From the NCBI GenBank assembly GCA_964551725.1, contig CAZKED010000012.1, positions 1 to 33,518 on the forward strand: DNA of 33,518 nucleotides, in the 5' to 3' direction. This stretch comes from an uncultured archaeon. GTDB lineage: Archaea; Iainarchaeota; Iainarchaeia; Iainarchaeales; DTGL01. This document shows, in pieces, positions 33,134 through 33,518 of this stretch. The position numbers and the translations under genes were made by a program. The number at the start of each line of letters is the position of its first letter. The stretch's first letter is position 1. The notes under the pieces were generated by a model. The model saw only the letters and a program-made list of their open reading frames with translations. It did no database searches and had not been told where the DNA came from.

Positions 33134-33518
33134 ATTTCAATCCTACCTTAGTTCTCTTCAAACTGCAACCCCCTGCGTCATTGCAGGTTAAGTGAACATA
33201 TTTCAATCCTACCTTAGTTCTCTTCAAACTTCTGTAAGTGGTTGTGCAACCGCTTGTTTGCGCTGATTTCAATCCTACCTTAGTTCTCTTCAAACGTGGT
33301 GCAAAGTGTGGTTGCACTTGCGAAAAAGCTTATTTCAATCCTACCTTAGTTCTCTTCAAACTTCGCTGGCTTAATGGGAGTGATTACTTTCATGGTAATT
33401 TCAATCCTACCTTAGTTCTCTTCAAACTGCATTCAAAGCACTTGTTTGATGACGCGGAATACTATTTCAATCCTACCTTAGTTCTCTTCAAACTTCTTTT
33501 ACTCTTGCGTCCATTGCT
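33134..33518 (-). CRISPR. CRISPR array, truncated at the window edge: 6 identical 30-bp repeats, five complete 36-bp spacers and one partial
   Basis: ATTTCAATCCTACCTTAGTTCTCTTCAAAC at 33134, 33200, 33266, 33332, 33398 and 33464 (66-bp period). The reverse complement GTTTGAAGAGAACTAAGGTAGGATTGAAAT ends in the ATTGAAAN handle, suggesting minus-strand transcription. Confidence 0.98.

Noticed and set aside
32853-33317. 154-aa minus-strand ORF with repeated LKRTKVGLK
   Set aside because: Artefact of the 66-bp (multiple of 3) CRISPR period; it also overlaps arcC antisense.
33296-33331. Spacer translating to ALAKKL, as in the PurD N-terminus
   Set aside because: The similarity is only at peptide level; the nucleotides differ at synonymous sites and in the flanks.
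33134-33493. Cas12f/Cas14-type array, given a probable DPANN host
   Set aside because: Repeat length (30 bp) and ATTGAAAT end fit class 1 arrays; no RuvC/TnpB-like ORF or anti-repeat seen in the window.

Overview
Gene-dense archaeal chromosomal segment, most consistent with a DPANN archaeon such as Iainarchaeota/Diapherotrites (inference from GatE, archaeal ribosomal proteins, GGTGA-type RBSs, TATA boxes and a TGF-TM anchored surface protein). Left to right: group II cysteine desulfurase; the conserved ftsZ-secE-spt5-rpl11-rpl1-rplP0-rpl12 cluster; a basic orphan; ribose-1,5-bisphosphate isomerase-like gene; an Ig-like Pro/Ser-stalk surface protein; gatE; pgi coupled to a ROK kinase-Nudix fusion; an extended SDR epimerase; a PHP phosphoesterase; a ~14 kb de novo purine cluster (purD-F-SL-Q-M, inverted purN plus a HAD-like gene, purC-E-folD-purH-zinc finger; no purK or purB); two more basic orphans; carbamate kinase; and the end of a CRISPR array (six identical 30-bp repeats, 36-bp spacers) running off the right edge, with no cas genes in view. 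Most notable: a PAICS-like class II PurE coupled to purC, the ROK-Nudix fusion, CRISPR spacers that read like archaeal surface-protein and gene-start sequence, a set of orphans with Arg/Lys-rich leaders, a low-GC patch inside gatE, a G-U-rich hairpin over an RBS, and motif-level variants in PurF and FolD. All calls come from reading motifs by eye; no searches were run.
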